Positions 11,936 to 26,018 of a stretch of DNA of 64,000 bases are shown here, piece after piece; within the stretch, counting starts at the first letter, position 1; every line of letters begins with the position of its first letter. The DNA is from Selaginella moellendorffii. Taxonomy: Eukaryota > Plantae > Lycopodiophyta. The stretch spans positions 62,001-126,000 of the forward strand of contig NW_003314384.1 in the NCBI RefSeq assembly GCF_000143415.4. The letters are read 5' to 3'. The notes under the pieces were generated by a model. It was given only the letters and a program-made list of their open reading frames with translations, searched no databases and was not told the origin of the DNA. The position numbers and the translations under genes were made by a program.

Positions 11936-12665
11936 CCATCCGATGAACTCTTTATCATTTCAGTCGTGCTTTTGGGGATCCTTTAGTCTACGACACCTCA
12001 AGGAGTCGATTCCTTACAACTCCACCACCCATAGAAGAAGCTCGATGCCTACATTGAATGTCTTCTTTTAATCCTACAACTTATTGACCATGTCTCTAGG
12101 GGCATCCCCCCACTTAGCGGTGTGCCTAAGTTAGCCTCCCCGACCAAGAGCCCATGACAACGGAATATAGGTGTCCTTATACCCCTCACCTCACCATGCC
12201 CTAGTATGGGGTTGAAAGTTGAACCAATCTTGCTTTACTAGAGGGTTGGGACTCGAACCCAACCTCCATAAATTATGTTTACAGATTTAACATCCCCATG
12301 GGGAGTTGGGCATAGTTCCCTATGCCTGGTTGACCTTGCTAACCTATGCTAATTAGCTTACCTCCAGCACGCCTTCGGGTCCCAATATATAACATTGCTC
12401 AATTTCTCAAAATAGATTCTTTAATTGAATTTTGTATAAGTACATAGAGTTTTACCTTGCAAAAATTCCTCCACTAAATCCCGCACGTTCGCTAGGTTCT
12501 CCTTTGGTTCCCGTGTTGTCTTGCAGTGTGGAAATCCTTTCCACTTCACATGGAACTCCCTCACCTCGCATCTTTGTCACTTGCTCTTGTGCACATTCAG
12601 GATGGCCTCGACTTTGTATTCCTCTTCCCCTTGGATAACCTCAGGTAAAGGTCTTATTTGGTCCT

Positions 12666-15600
12666 TGTCAGGAATCCCCCAATTCTTGCCACATTCCTGA
12701 CTCTCACCGGATTCTTGACTTGTAGACCACATTCCTGACTCTCAAGACACTTCCCTATTCCTAACTCTCGAGACACTTCCCTATTCCTAACTCTCGATTT
12801 CCCGTACGATTCCTGAGTCTCGAGCCACATTCCTGATGATGATGTGGCACCTCCTCAACCTCAGCTATATTTAGGCCGTCCTCAATCCAAGAGTGGTGGA
12901 GCTTCATCAAACTATAGTATATATAGGTTAGCCTTGTTCCATTTCTCCACAATCTGAATGAACGCCAGTCTAAGGCCTCTTTTTTCATTTCCATTAGCTT
13001 TTCTCTTTGTCTTTTGCATTTTCCAGTCTTGATCTTATTGGGGGTCTTGACAGTTTGATTCAGATTGTGCTTTTTCATTTTTTGCTTTAGCTCGTTTTCA
13101 TTGTTTGATTGCCTTTACCTTTTTTGCCCCCTTTTTTCTTTCTTCTTTGCCAATGGAGTCTCCAAGCCATCTTGATTTCTTTGCCGAAGTCCTTGCAAAA
13201 ATCCAGTCTAAGAATACCGAGTTGAAGGAGACCCTTCTTCGCATGCAACAGGAGCTTGCTTCACTTTCGGCTCAAGGATCCAGCAAAGTTCCTAAACCGA
13301 AAGTGAGTTTCCTGGTTCCAGAGTTGATGGATCTTCAATTGTTCAAAAAGAAGCTCAATGCATGTTTTGGCAAAATGGATTGAGTTCGGGCTACCACCAC
13401 AAAGATGAGACATCTCTCTCAAGGGTCTTGTTCTGCCTCGATCTATGCTGTAGAGTTCCAACTCCTTGCCTTGAACACTCCGTAGGATGAGCGGGCTCTG
13501 ATTGATCAATTTTGTTTTGACCTCAACAACAGTATCAAGGATTTGTTGCTCACCATGAAGGATCCCACGGACCTGTCAGATGCCATCAACAAAGCTGTTC
13601 GATGTGACAATCATCTCTTTGAACGTTGTAAGGAAAGTCGCCACACCGCCGTTTTCCTGTCCCAGACTCATAAATCCCAACATGAGTCTTCAGGGCATAC
13701 TCCTGAACCTACTGCTCTAGTCCCGATGGATATTTCTGGTACTCCCTGACTCATCAGAGGGAAGTTGAGTCCTGTTGAGAAGCAACATCGAATATCTCAT
13801 AATCTTTGCCTCTACTGTGCTGATCCTAATCACAAAGCAGCTTTGTGTCCCAAGAAGCCTCCCCGTCTACTCGAATTCACTCTACCTCAAATTCCACTTT
13901 TATTGTAATCGGGAAACGACCCTGTCCAAACAAAGTAGGAGCTGTCTATTTAGACTCCCCAAATAAAAATCACTTTTCTTCTTTATCAAGCTCCTCACCA
14001 CCTTTCATCAAAGCCACCACCAATTCCTGCAACTTCCGCGTCCCATGTCTCCTTTCTTTCACCGGACAATCAGGACTCAAGGCTCTGGCGCTACTGGACT
14101 CGGGTGCAACCTCCTGCTTCATGGACATGGACTTTGCTGCCTGACATCACGTTCCTCTTTCTCCTACCATACGGGATCTAAGGGTTGAAGGCATTGGCCA
14201 GCATTTTGTGTCTCCATCTTTTGGACTTAGGAAAACATTGCCTGTTCAAGTACACATTGGGTCCACTGTCACCGATATCACCTTCAACATCATCAACAAC
14301 AGGTCCTCCTCTGTGGTGCTTGGCCTTCCTTAGTTCCAACTACATCAGCCTCAGATCTGTTGGAAGGAATTACAACTCATCTCTCCCACATCACCATCTC
14401 CCACGGCTTCCCCTACTATTCATCGAGTCCGAATTAGGAAAAGTTCCCTAAACTCAAATCGGGGTTCTATTCCTGACTCTACGAAGTGTTCACCTTCTTC
14501 TTTTTCCTCTCTTCCATCTTACACTCGACAATATCCTCATCTCATCATTCCATTTAGTTGTATGCCTCCTCCTATCTCCACAATCACTATGAAAGAACTT
14601 CTTCATGAAGAACTTATTTTTCTTTTTGCTTTGCCTGTTTCTCCTGTCAATCTTCCTGAGAAGTATCATGATTTTGGGGATGTGTTTGACAAGAAAAAAG
14701 CTAGTGTATTGCCTGTTCATCAGCCTTATGACTGTCCCATTGATTTACAGGAAGGAGCGTCACCTCCGTGGGGGCCTATCTATGGGGGCCTATCCCCGTC
14801 CAAGCTTAAGGCCATCAAAGAGTACGTGGATGAGAACCTTGCCTTGGGGTACATTCAGCATTTGCAGTCCCCCCAGCTGGAGCGCCTGTCTTCTTTGTCA
14901 AGAAAAAGGATGGGAGTTTGCGGCTAGTCATCAGCTACCGAGGTTTGAACAAGGTGACTGTTTGGTCTCAGGCCTAGTAATCCTGCCTTCGATCAACAAG
15001 ATCAAGTTATCCTTGGTCCTTATCGGCTTCAAGTTATGGCAATTTCTCTAGCCCCTCAGGACTCCTCCTTGATGGATGCGATTAGAAACGATCTTCAATC
15101 CGATGACCTCGCCAGCGACATTTTCCCCCATCTTCAGGTTGGACACCCAGTGACTCCAGACTGCCGGCGATTTGACGAGTTTGAGTTCTTAGATGGCTTG
15201 TTGTACTGAGGGGAGCAGCTTTAAGTTCCTGAAGGTGATGCTCGAACGTTGGTCCTGATGGCATGCCACGATAGCCTGACTGCTAGTCACTTCGGCATTG
15301 CAAAAACATATGAGCTAGTTGTATGGGACTTTTAGTGGCCTCACATGGATGACTATATCAAAGCTTTTGTTACCTCCTGTGACATTTGTGCCCTGAATAA
15401 GGTACCTCGCCACCTTCTTTCAGGTTTTCTTTGTTCCCTCCCAATCCCTTCAGGTCCTTGGGAATCCATCTCCATGGATTTCTTGGGTGATCTTCAGAGT
15501 TCTGGAGGCTTCAATAGTATTTTAGTCATGGTGGATCGCTTCACAAAGATGGCGCACTTCCTGCCATGTACCAAAGAGTTTTTGGGTGAGGACATGGCAA

Positions 15601-16990
15601 AACTGGTATTTAGAGAAATTTTCCGACTTCATGGGATTCCTGCAGATGTGGTTTCAGATCGGGGACCTTAGTTCATCTCTCATTTCTGGCAACGGTTTTT
15701 GCAGCTGCTTGAAGTGAAGGCCAACCTCTCTTCGGTGTATCATTCTCAAACTGATGGACAATCCGAGCGAACGATTCAAACGTTAGAACAATTCCTGAGG
15801 TGCTTCATCAACTATCATCAAGATGACTAGTTTGATATCCTTCCCCTTGCTGAGTTCTCCTATAACAACTCTGTTCATTCCTCTCTTTGAGTTTCCCCCT
15901 TCTTTGTGAACTCTAGCCAAAATCCTCGATTCAATCTCTCACTTCCTTCTCCATCTGAATCCTCTTGTTCAAATCCCCGTTCTGAGGCATTTGTCTCCAA
16001 CCTCCAGGAAATCCATAACTCCATCTCCTTCCAACTCCATCGTGCTCAGGAATCTCACAAAACATTTGCTGATGTCCATCGACAGGATTGTCCCCGTTAC
16101 AATATCGGGGATAAAGTCTGGCTCCTCAGGTGAAATATCTCCACCACTAGGCCATGTCCCAAACTTGATTTCAAACGCCTCGATCCTTTCCCTATCACTA
16201 CCATCATTAATCTTGTTACTTATCACCTTGCACTTCCCTCCTCATATCAAATTCACCCTGTTTTTCACTCCTCTCTACTTGAGCCTTATATTCCCAGTCC
16301 TATTCCAAATTGGGTCATTCCTCCACCTCCACCAGTGCAGCTCGAGGATGGGTCTAAGTATAAGGTTCAGGACATCCTTGATTCCAAGATCTCACGGTCT
16401 AAACTCTGCTATATGGTCGATTGGAAGGCTTATGGACCTAAAGAACACACTTGGGAACCTGCGGACAACCTGATTCATTCTCCTGACCTTGTTCAGGACT
16501 TCCACCGCCGCTATCCTTCTCGTCCCAGTCCTCATTCTTTTTCCCCATCTCCCTTCCCTTGCCGCCCATCTCATCCTCCTCTTCGTTCTCATTCATATCC
16601 TTGTTCCACTCGTTCTTGAGGAGGGGGTGCTGTCAGGAATCTCCCAATTCTTGCCACATTCTTGACTCTCACCAGATTCCTGACCTGCAAACCACATTCC
16701 TGACTGTCAAGACACTTCCCTATTCCTAACTCTCGAGTTCCAGTACGATTCCTGAGTCTCGAGCCACATTCCTGATGATGATGTGGCACCTCCTTGACCT
16801 CAGCTATATTTAGGGCGTCAACGATCCAAGAGTGGTGGAGCTTCATCAACCTATAGTATATATAGGTTAGCCTTGTTCCATTTCTCCACAATCTGAATCA
16901 ATGCCAGTCTAAGGCCTCTTTTTCATTTCCATTAGCTTTTCTCTTTGTCTTTTGCATTTTCCAGTCTTGATCTTGTTGGGGGTCTTGACA
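12666..16990 (+). mobile_element. Nested Tcn1/Tf1-like chromovirus, internally deleted (most of RT and RNase H missing)
   Basis: LTRs 12666-13052 and 16631-16990 (TGTCAGG..TTGACA; the first carries a 27-bp internal duplication). TSD GTCCT at 12661-12665 and 16991-16995; PPT GAGGAGGGGGTGC. Gag CCHC (LCLYCADPNHKAALCP), protease ALLDSGAT, RT start ending at YRGLNKVT (~14960), integrase, chromodomain (16335-16520). Confidence 0.93.
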
Positions 16991-19900
16991 GTCCTTGAAA
17001 AGTGGATCCTCAAAGTACAGCTTAAGTAAGTTCACATGGAACACAGGGTGCATCTTCCCCATCTCTCGAGGAAGTTGGAGGCGGTAAACCACCTTACCAA
17101 TTTGTACCTTAGTCTCATAAGGCCCCGTGAATATGCTTAAGAACTCAAGATCAATTCATTTCCAAGAATATATGCATTTTTACCTTTGGGTCAGCTTCCG
17201 ACTAATCCCACTTGGTAGCCTTAGGTTCTTGGTGTTCAGCAACACCTTCTCCCCAAATTGGAACTCTACATCCCAACACTTCTGGTCCGCATACTTGGTT
17301 TGCCTTTGTTGAGCCTGTTCCAAGGAATCCCTCACTAAATTCCAAAGATTGAGTCTTTCCGCCGTGAATGCCTCCACCACGGGTAACTCTTTATGATACT
17401 TGGCCATGTTGAGTTCCATAGGACCTTCAATAGCTTGCTCATTAATGACTTCCCATGGACTCACCCCGATACTCGAATGTGGTGAGTTGTTATAGCACAT
17501 TTCTGCAAGTCCCAAATGACTTACCCAATCAGTCTAGTCTCCGAAGACATAGCATCGCAAATAATCCTCCAATTGCCTATTCACCTTTTCCATTTGTCCG
17601 TCTGTCAAGAAGTGTTAATACCATTAAACTTGACTTAATACCTAATACATGTCTATGGGTGATACGCTATGCTGAATTTTAACTTGGTGCGATATTGTTC
17701 CAGGAGATTTCTCTAGAACCTACTAGTGAAAATCTTATCTCAATCTGAGATAAACTCTTCTAACCTTCTCCACACTCGAACCACTTGTTCGAAGAACAGC
17801 TTCGCCACACCTTTTGCATCCACTTCCATTGTGGTGGGTATGAAATGTGCCATTTTCGAAAATTGGTCCACCACCACGAATATCGTATCAAATCTCTCAC
17901 TTGGGGGGAGTCCCGTGATGAAGTCCATTGTAAAACATTTCCACAAACGATCTGGAATTGGGATGCTTTGTAACAAGCCCCCACTAGCCTTAGTCACAGC
18001 TTTGACCTACTGACATGTTGGACATGTCTTTACATAATTTTGGATGTCCTTAGCCATATCTAGCCAGTGATACTTCCTCTTGAGTAAGCCCATCATCTTA
18101 GGCATTTTGCCATATCCCACAAGAGGTCCGTCATGACACTCTTTTAACGCTACCTTCCTTAGTTCCCCTTCTGGAACATACTCCGTCGTTTGTTTATAAT
18201 AGATGAGTTCATTGTGTTTTGCATAGCATGTTTTCTCTTCCGTTGGCAGCTCACCTCTCTAGTGAGCTTCCCAAGCTTCTTGGTTCCTCCGCAACACTTC
18301 TTGTGCTAGACCATCATTCTTATACGCTGTCCGCACATCATCCCAAAAGGTTGATGTTGCGCTGGATATTGCCAACTTCAAGTTTGCTTTTCGATTTAGA
18401 GCATCCACCATGATGTTGCTCTTCCCAGGTTTATGTAGAATTTTGCAATCAAACTCAGCCAAGCATTGGCCCATCAACCCTATTTCCCTCTCAAGTCGGG
18501 CTGTGACAAAAAGTATTTTATTGCTACATTATCCATATAAACCTTGAAGTGTCTCCCAAGGTAATGCCGCCACTCCTTGAGCGCCTTGACCACCGCAAAT
18601 AATTCCTTCTCATGGGCAGGCCACTTTCACTGAGCCTTGTCCAACTTCTTTGAGAAGAATGCTACTAGATGGTTGTTTTGCTTCAACACTGCACCCAAGG
18701 GAAAGTCTGAAGCATCCATTTCTACATCAAAGTCCTTACCAAAGTCTGATAATGCTAACACATGAGCCTTCCTCAACTTCCCTTTGAGATGGACAAATGC
18801 TACCTCACTATCCATACCATCTTCCCTTTTTCAGTTTGGTTTGTTAATGGCAGGGGTACTCTTGAATAGTGTTTGATAAACTTTTGGTAGTAATTGCAGA
18901 GCCCCAAGAATGCCCTTAACTTGTGTACATTTGATGGTCATTGCCATTCCTAGATCACTTGGACCTTCTCAGGGTCCACTTTAAGCCCGTCCTTGCCTAC
19001 CACATGCCCGAGAAACTTTACCTCTTATTAAGCAAAGTCACATTTGCTTTCTTTAGCATACAGCTAGTGTTCCCTTAGTTTCTCAAACACCTTTGTCAAA
19101 TGTTTAGTATGTTTTTTTAGCATTTTGTTATAGATCAAGATGTCGTCAATGTAAACGACCACGAAATGATCCAAATAGTGTACAAAAATGTGGTTCATCA
19201 GTGCCGAGAATATAGCTAGTGCATTGCACAACCTAAAGGGCATCACTAAAAACTCAAAGCTTCCATTCTTTCTTTGACAGGTTGTCTTTTCGACATCTTC
19301 CTCCGCTACCATAATCTGGTAATATCTTGACTTTAGGTCGATCTTCGACAAGTATTTTGCCTTACCCAACCTATTGAACAAGTCCTCAATCCTTGGCGGT
19401 TGCTTAACAAGTATACAAAGAAAAACAAATACTTTTTAGTAGTCTATGCACATACGTATAGATCCATCTTTCTTTTTCACAAATAACACCAATACACTAT
19501 ACGGTAACTTGCTCAATCTAACATACCCTTTTTCCACCAACTCCTCAAATTGGTGTTTGAGCTCCTCAAGTTTATTTTCGTTCAACTGATAGGGGGGACG
19601 AACCACCGCCTTAACACCCTCGACCAAGTCAATCTTATATTCTATCAGTTGTGGGGGGGGTAACTCTGCCAGTAGCTCATCTAGCATGGTATCTTGGAAT
19701 TGATCTAACACTCGTTGGATCACTAAAGGTATTTCTTTTGTTCCCATCTTTTTATCACTCTTCACCAAAAGTAAGCACAACAATGTTGCTTTGGTTCCTT
19801 TAGTGAGTTGTCCTCCTGTGGACACCAGGTTCAAGCAAGAGTCTTTGGCTTTACATTGCCCTACCTTTAGATCCTGGGCCTCCACCCTAGATTATTCTTC

Positions 19901-22344
19901 TTGGGCATTCACCAGTACCACAAAGTTCCTACCTTGTTCATGTAGGGCTACCATGAATCTATTGAACCAATCCATCCCAAGATTACATCAAATCCCGCCA
20001 TGTCCAACACGGTGAAATTTATGTTTACTTTCCATGTCCCCACTTCGACTCTTGCTTGTCGAAGTACCTCATTGGTGCTTTGGCTACCTTGAACAAACTC
20101 TATAGTCCTTGGTTCACCCAGCTATTACACTATTAGTCTGGCTTGCCGGACTATGTCTGCAACCACAAAATTATCCGAAGCACTTGTGGCAATAAGGATC
20201 TTAACAAAGCTACCTCCAACATTCCCTTGGAGGGCTAGTAGATGTCGCAAATGACTCTCTACTAAAGTTGCTCATGTAATAAGTAACTTTGAGCTAGGGA
20301 CTGAATCATGTACCTCAATTTCGATTTCACTTGACTTAATGGCCATCTTGGCTTTGGCCTTCTTCGGGTAGGGACATTCCTTCGAAAAGTGTTCCGCTTC
20401 ACCATAGTTGAAACATACGTTATTTCCCATGCTACTACCAGACTTGTTTTATCTGTGAGTTTGTCTCTTTTCTCTTGACTCCCCCACATACTTGCTCACT
20501 AGCCACCAGATTTACCTTTCCAAAAACCCTGAGGACTCATTTTTAGAGAAACTCTTCTTGAATTTCCCTTTGTTATATATCCCCTTTGGTTTTAGCCCTT
20601 TTGCTAAATGTGGACCCCAACCCTGTTATGTTCCACTTTCACAAATTATTATTGAAATGCATCTTGATAGCTGCATCCAATGCTTCCTTGTAATTGGTTG
20701 GGTTCCAACGCATCACCTCGCCTCGAGCCCAGGTTTGCAAGCCTAATATGAAAGCATGGAACGCATCTATATCACCCATGTCCATGACAAGTATCCTTTG
20801 CCATAAACCCATTCACATACTCTTGAATGGTTCTGATTTGCTTAAGCCTACTCAACTCATCCCTTAGATGCAGAGTAGCATTCGGAGGAACATAAGTTGC
20901 ACAGATCCTTGCCTTCATCATTTCCCAAGTGGTTACCGGTCCTTTGTTGGCCTCTGTTGTTCTCCACCAAGATTTGGCATTATCCGCCACGTATGGTTTT
21001 TGCACATGGGACCTTCTCCAGGCTTGGTAACCACAACGCTCGGAAATAATCCTCCATATCGTAAAACCAATCCTCCACCACCTTATAGTTATTCACTCCC
21101 TTGAAGATCAGTGAGGGCTTTAGTTTGTACTTAGGAACTACTTAAGGGACTGCTTCCACTTTAGTTTGTTTGACCTTGTTCGGTTCCACCTTAGTCCCCA
21201 TCGAAGGGTTCACGCCTTCTGTGCTACTAGCATCTACAATCTTTTGCTTTTTCTTTTACTTCTCATCCTGCTTTAGCTTGCGTACGAGAGTCTCTAGCAG
21301 GGCAATGGTCTATGCCAACTATCCTTCGAGAACGTCTAATCGAGCCTTGAATGAGCCTCACCACTAGACTCCTATTTGGAAGTTTTCGTACTAGAATCCT
21401 CCTCATGCAAGGATTCCTCATCTATAGCCTTTTGTTCGACCGGAGGCTCTAGCTATGGAGGAGGTTCTGTCTCCACCTTGGTTCATTTACGCCTTGCCTT
21501 TGCCATTTCCCAGCAATCCGCCTTTATTCCTCGCTAGAACTGAGGAAAATGCTTTAATACCAAATTGTAAGCCATAAATTTTTCCTTTCCAACCAACCAC
21601 CACAACTTTGGCCTTTGCCAAGTTCCCTCGCCAAAGTTCTCACCTATTGTACCAGCTTCTACTTAGCCCTACTTGGTTTCAACAACTCACTGCATGAGCA
21701 ACGGAGTGTTAGTTATCCATCCATGGATTTCCAAATCTCTCCTAATCCCCCTCCCCATGTTAGACTAGATTTAAGGTTCTGCTACACTCCCCGTAAACAT
21801 AAGCAACCAAACACACTAAGCCTCTAAGTTCCTAACATCCTTTGGTATAACAAGACTTGATCATGGGACCCTCTAAATCCCAAGCCTTTGGTGCAACACT
21901 TGCTTTGGGACACCGAGGGGAAACACCGTGGCCTAACAGCCCGGTATGGGTACCTCTACTCCCCCACTGTCACCCCGAAGGGAAGGCCCAAGCCCCTAAA
22001 ACGGGCAAGGACTAATGAGCCGCAAGGTACTCAAGTGGGGCACCACTCCATATGAGCCAAGAGCACTATAGTTGGTTTTCCTTCCGGGAGTGGGAGTTTC
22101 TCTTGAGCACTTCTTTGGGTGGCCCCTCTGGCACCACCTGAGTCCATGCTCACTCCAACCCAAAGCCCCTCAATCCTAATCTCAACCTCAAGTCAGTTTG
22201 GAAGCACCACTGAAGAGTTCCTTCAAGACTAGTTTCTGGACCTCACTATCCCTAGTATACTTTTGGAACCCCCTACAGTCCCCCCCTTTACCTATGGGAG
22301 ACACACGCTTTGGGCTTTCACCCCTCGACATGTATTAGTATTCA

Positions 22345-22605
22345 GACTCGATCTCGAATTCGATCTCAGACTTGGTCTTGGACTCGATCTCCGACTCGAT
22401 CTTAGACCTGACCTCAAACTTGGTCTTGGACTCGATCTCAGACTCAATCTTGGACTCGATCTTAGACTCGACCTCAGACTCAGTCTCAGACCTGATCTCG
22501 GATCTTGGGCTCGGTCTCGAACTCAGTCTCAGACTCGGTCTCGGAGTTGGCCTCAGACTCGATCCTAGACTTTGTCTTAAACTTGGACTTGATCTCAGAC
22601 TCAGT
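22345..22605. repeat. Same 6/12-bp tandem array inside the 5' LTR
   Basis: Homologous to 11640-11935. Confidence 0.9.
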
Positions 22606-23939
22606 CCCATCTGATGAACTCTTTATCATTTCGATCATGCTTTCGGGGATTCTTTAGCTTACAACACCTTACACATATGAATTAACCCAAAAACCCTAGT
22701 TTTTATACAAGAGCAAGTGGTTTAGATTGAAACCAATTTAATGGTTATCAAAATCCCACTATCATAGCTATACACTTGGACCTCGAAGAGCTAAATAAAC
22801 TAAATTCTCTTTCTCAATAGGAGAAAATAAAGCTTTTTGCTATTAGTGATTAATTAAATTTTACTAAGGAGAAGTTTAAAACTAAATATCTAAAGTAACC
22901 TTTAATAATAACTCTCAAAAACTATTTTTAGAGTAAGTAAAGTTTGAAAAAGATGGCAAAAACACTAAATATAAGTTGAGTTATAACTTCATTCCAAAAA
23001 AGCCTACAAAAGTCTTTAATGATGTCTCTCAAAGTTGAATTTAAATATCTATGTTAGGCTTAGATCAATGGATGATTGGCAATTGCTAAGAATTATATCA
23101 AGCATTGACAGAAGATTTAGAGATAGATAGTTCTTTCAAGTTGTTAATTGTGTTAACCAAGATCTCGTATTCCTGATTAAATGGTTAGAATGGAAAAAAA
23201 AAACTAATTTAACCAGTCTAAGATTTCCTAACTTATATAACAAGGGCAACTTATGCATAATGCTTGAGATTTCTAAGGCATGAAAATTTCTGGTTTGAAA
23301 ACTTTCTAAGGTTGATGATTTTTTGGCATAGTAATTCCTTTAAGTGTAATCTTTTGTGAGAGAGGATTCTTAAAACAAAATAACATTAAAATAAATGTGA
23401 GGGTGATGATGATGATTTTTTTTAATCCTAGAAGCAAGGATTAGAAAAATGTTTATAACATATGGTCAGCCATGAAGAAAAGAAGGGCAATTAATATTTT
23501 AATATTGACTTGCAATATAGATTTGTTTTTTTCTACCAGTTTTTAAAGCAAAATTTTAAAATGCAAGTCTAGAAATTATAGTCATTCACCTGAAATTTCT
23601 GGCTTGCTATACTCAAAGCTAGCTTTTGGTAGAGGTAATTTTTGGATTTTCACAAGAATATCCTGTACTACAAGTCATATTACTCTCCAATTTCTAAAGG
23701 AGGGAGGGAATAGCTTATAGTTGACCTAACATGGGCTTTTGAGGTACACTCTAATACCAAATGTAATGCACCTGAGTTTGGAGTTGAATTCTAAACTGGG
23801 ACACTGAATGCACTCTAGTTGTGCTATGGATATGCATATACTAGTATGGATACTCATCAATGGTCAGATCCACCATCATGCCATGTCCAGGACACGCCAC
23901 CTGAAGCACAACTCCAGCCTATCAATAAACCACGCCCAC

Positions 23940-26018
23940 CTATGCTTGCTCTTGTCCATTTGGAAGACAATCCTTGAGCCAGCCTCTAGAGTTTTCTAGA
24001 ACTCGTAGCTCACCATCAAGAACAGCTTCGGCCATTCCTCGGCGGATTTTGTTTACGTGGTCGGGGGCCGACTGCAGCATCTACAAGGCAAAACAAAATG
24101 CCACAACCTGCTGGGATAGGAAAACTTCCAGTCGTGATCTTACCAGCAATGCCTGCTCGTGTGACGTGATGCTTTCCTGGATCATCTCCAGCAAGAAATT
24201 CATTGCCCGGGTTTCCTTCGCCACGTCCTTTCTTGGCTGGTATGCTAGTGGAGCTTGAAGCGTATCGGATTCTTGGATCATTGATTGTATGTCTACAAAG
24301 AGTTATGAGGTTAGAACACCTTGCAAGAAATGCAGAAAGAAAAATAAAACCTTCCAAGGAATCCAAGCAAATAATACGCGAAAATGCACGGGCTTGAGGG
24401 AGTACAACCCCGTCTTCCCAGTCCGCTGAGTCCAAAACCTCCCTAGAGAATGAACCGTCAGAGCAAACATACGTGGAAAACTATTGAAACTACTCCAAGA
24501 TGACTGGCAATTCACCACTCTCCGTTCCATCAGCATTCTGCAAGGTTGGCATATTGAAAGCCCCCATAAGTTCAAGCTTCTTTTCACGAAGTGGATCGTT
24601 CCATGGAATTTCCATCCAAAGCTCGGCCTGGAGCATTAGCTTTAAGAAGGGAAAACAACCAAAGCTCTACCTGATCACTCAAATTGTTAGGAAGCACAAA
24701 ACCGTAGTCTACTGCAAGTACAGCGTTGGAGCGCTTGCCATAACTGATAAAAACCTGCAAAAGCATCTCGTAAGAAGTTATGAAACTCAAAATGCATTTG
24801 CTCACTCGCCTCTTCGCCTTTCGTGTAATCGCGCTCGGCAATAATCTGTCAGGCAAGTTGCTAAAGCCTTCGATTTTCATTAGAAGCTCATGCTTACGAC
24901 TGTCGCATCCTTGCAACTGTCGTGTGACACCGTTGCGTGAGAAACTGGATCGTGGTTGCAGAAGTCCACAAAAGGCCTCATGGAGATTTCGCTGGAAAGA
25001 GCACCATTCCAAGCTCGTGAAACGACTGAACGGAAAAACAAAGGCGTTAAACACCCGACTCCTAGCTTTGCAAAAGAAGCAACCTCTACGAAAAAAGCTT
25101 ACCAGTAGCATACGCATGCGCAAACTGGAAAAGCGAGATATCTTCGCCAAAGACGTGAGGACACGAGCTTATAACCTGCACGAAATCATCCCTACTTAGC
25201 TGCGTGAACGTTCTCACAAAAAACACGCAACAGTCGTTACATTCTTCACTGAAATGTACTCGTCCGAGATCATTTCACGCCGCTCGGCTGTTCCACGGAA
25301 AGCACGGGTACACTCCAAGAATTTCAATTCCTCCTTCTCCCAGAAAATCTGAAAGTACACGCACAAAAAAAGCTGATGGAAAGATAGCAAGGAAAAATTG
25401 ACGATCTTACAGTAGAGTGGTGATCCCCAAATGATGGAAGACAAGAAACGTATGGAGCCCATCTAGAAGCCTGATAAGAAAAGAATCGTGAAAAGAAGAC
25501 GAGTGACCAAGACGATCACAAAGAACTATATGATAGAGAGAAAAGATCGCAGACCTCTCCTTTGTGTTGCTCCGCAAGGATGAGAAGCGTTAGAGGACAC
25601 CAATCATACTCTGTCGATAGTAACTTCTTCACACAATCGTCTAGTTTCTCGGCCGTGAGCACCTGCATTGGTGCTTTCCATGGTTTCTATCAGCTAAACT
25701 AAAACTAGAGCTTATTTTGCTTACCAGGTCATGGGGAATTCGCACAATCTGCTCTCCAGCGCGAATCGACCGAGCAGCAAACAATCCCCTGCCACGAACC
25801 ACGATTGCCGCAAGATCGCATCGAGGGAATCAATCCAATCCTTGCCTGCCGCATGCCGATTCCCCAATGCGAACGGCCGAGCAATCGCCGCCCTGGCGCA
25901 CGAACCACGACGTTTGCGCCTGGGAATCTAGAAGCCCTCAGCGCCTGGGCACGATCGATCGAAGAAATCTCACCTCTTCCAGCGAGAGCTTGTGGGCGCC
26001 ATTCATCGCCGCCCTCAT
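23940..26018 (-). CDS. SET-domain lysine methyltransferase (Rubisco LSMT/SETD3-like), multi-exon
   Basis: Exon translations GRGLFAARSIRAGEQIVRIPHDL, SRWAPYVSCLP, VVSRAW..MRPFVDFCNHD, QVFISYGKRSNAVLAVDYGFV, DPLREKKLEL; last exon ..GELRVLENSRGWLKDCLPNGQEQA*. Confidence 0.85.

Larger units (their letters stand above)
11310..22673 (-). mobile_element. Ty3/gypsy chromovirus, near full length and degenerate, interrupted by a nested element
   Basis: 5' LTR 21566-22673 (TG..CA) and PBS TGGTATTAAAGC (tRNA-iMet type, 21551-21562). Gag remnants ~20300-21500, RT (FVVVYIDDILIY, 19064-19381), RNase H (DASDF), integrase 17000-18150, chromodomain ~12470-12665, PPT 12019-12030. 3' LTR ends at 12018 and is homologous to 22010-22673 from ~11310. 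Confidence 0.85.

Noticed and set aside
11537-11958. ORFs with (SEIE)n / (LRLS)n, also at 22263-22614
   Set aside because: Translations of the hexamer array inside the LTRs.
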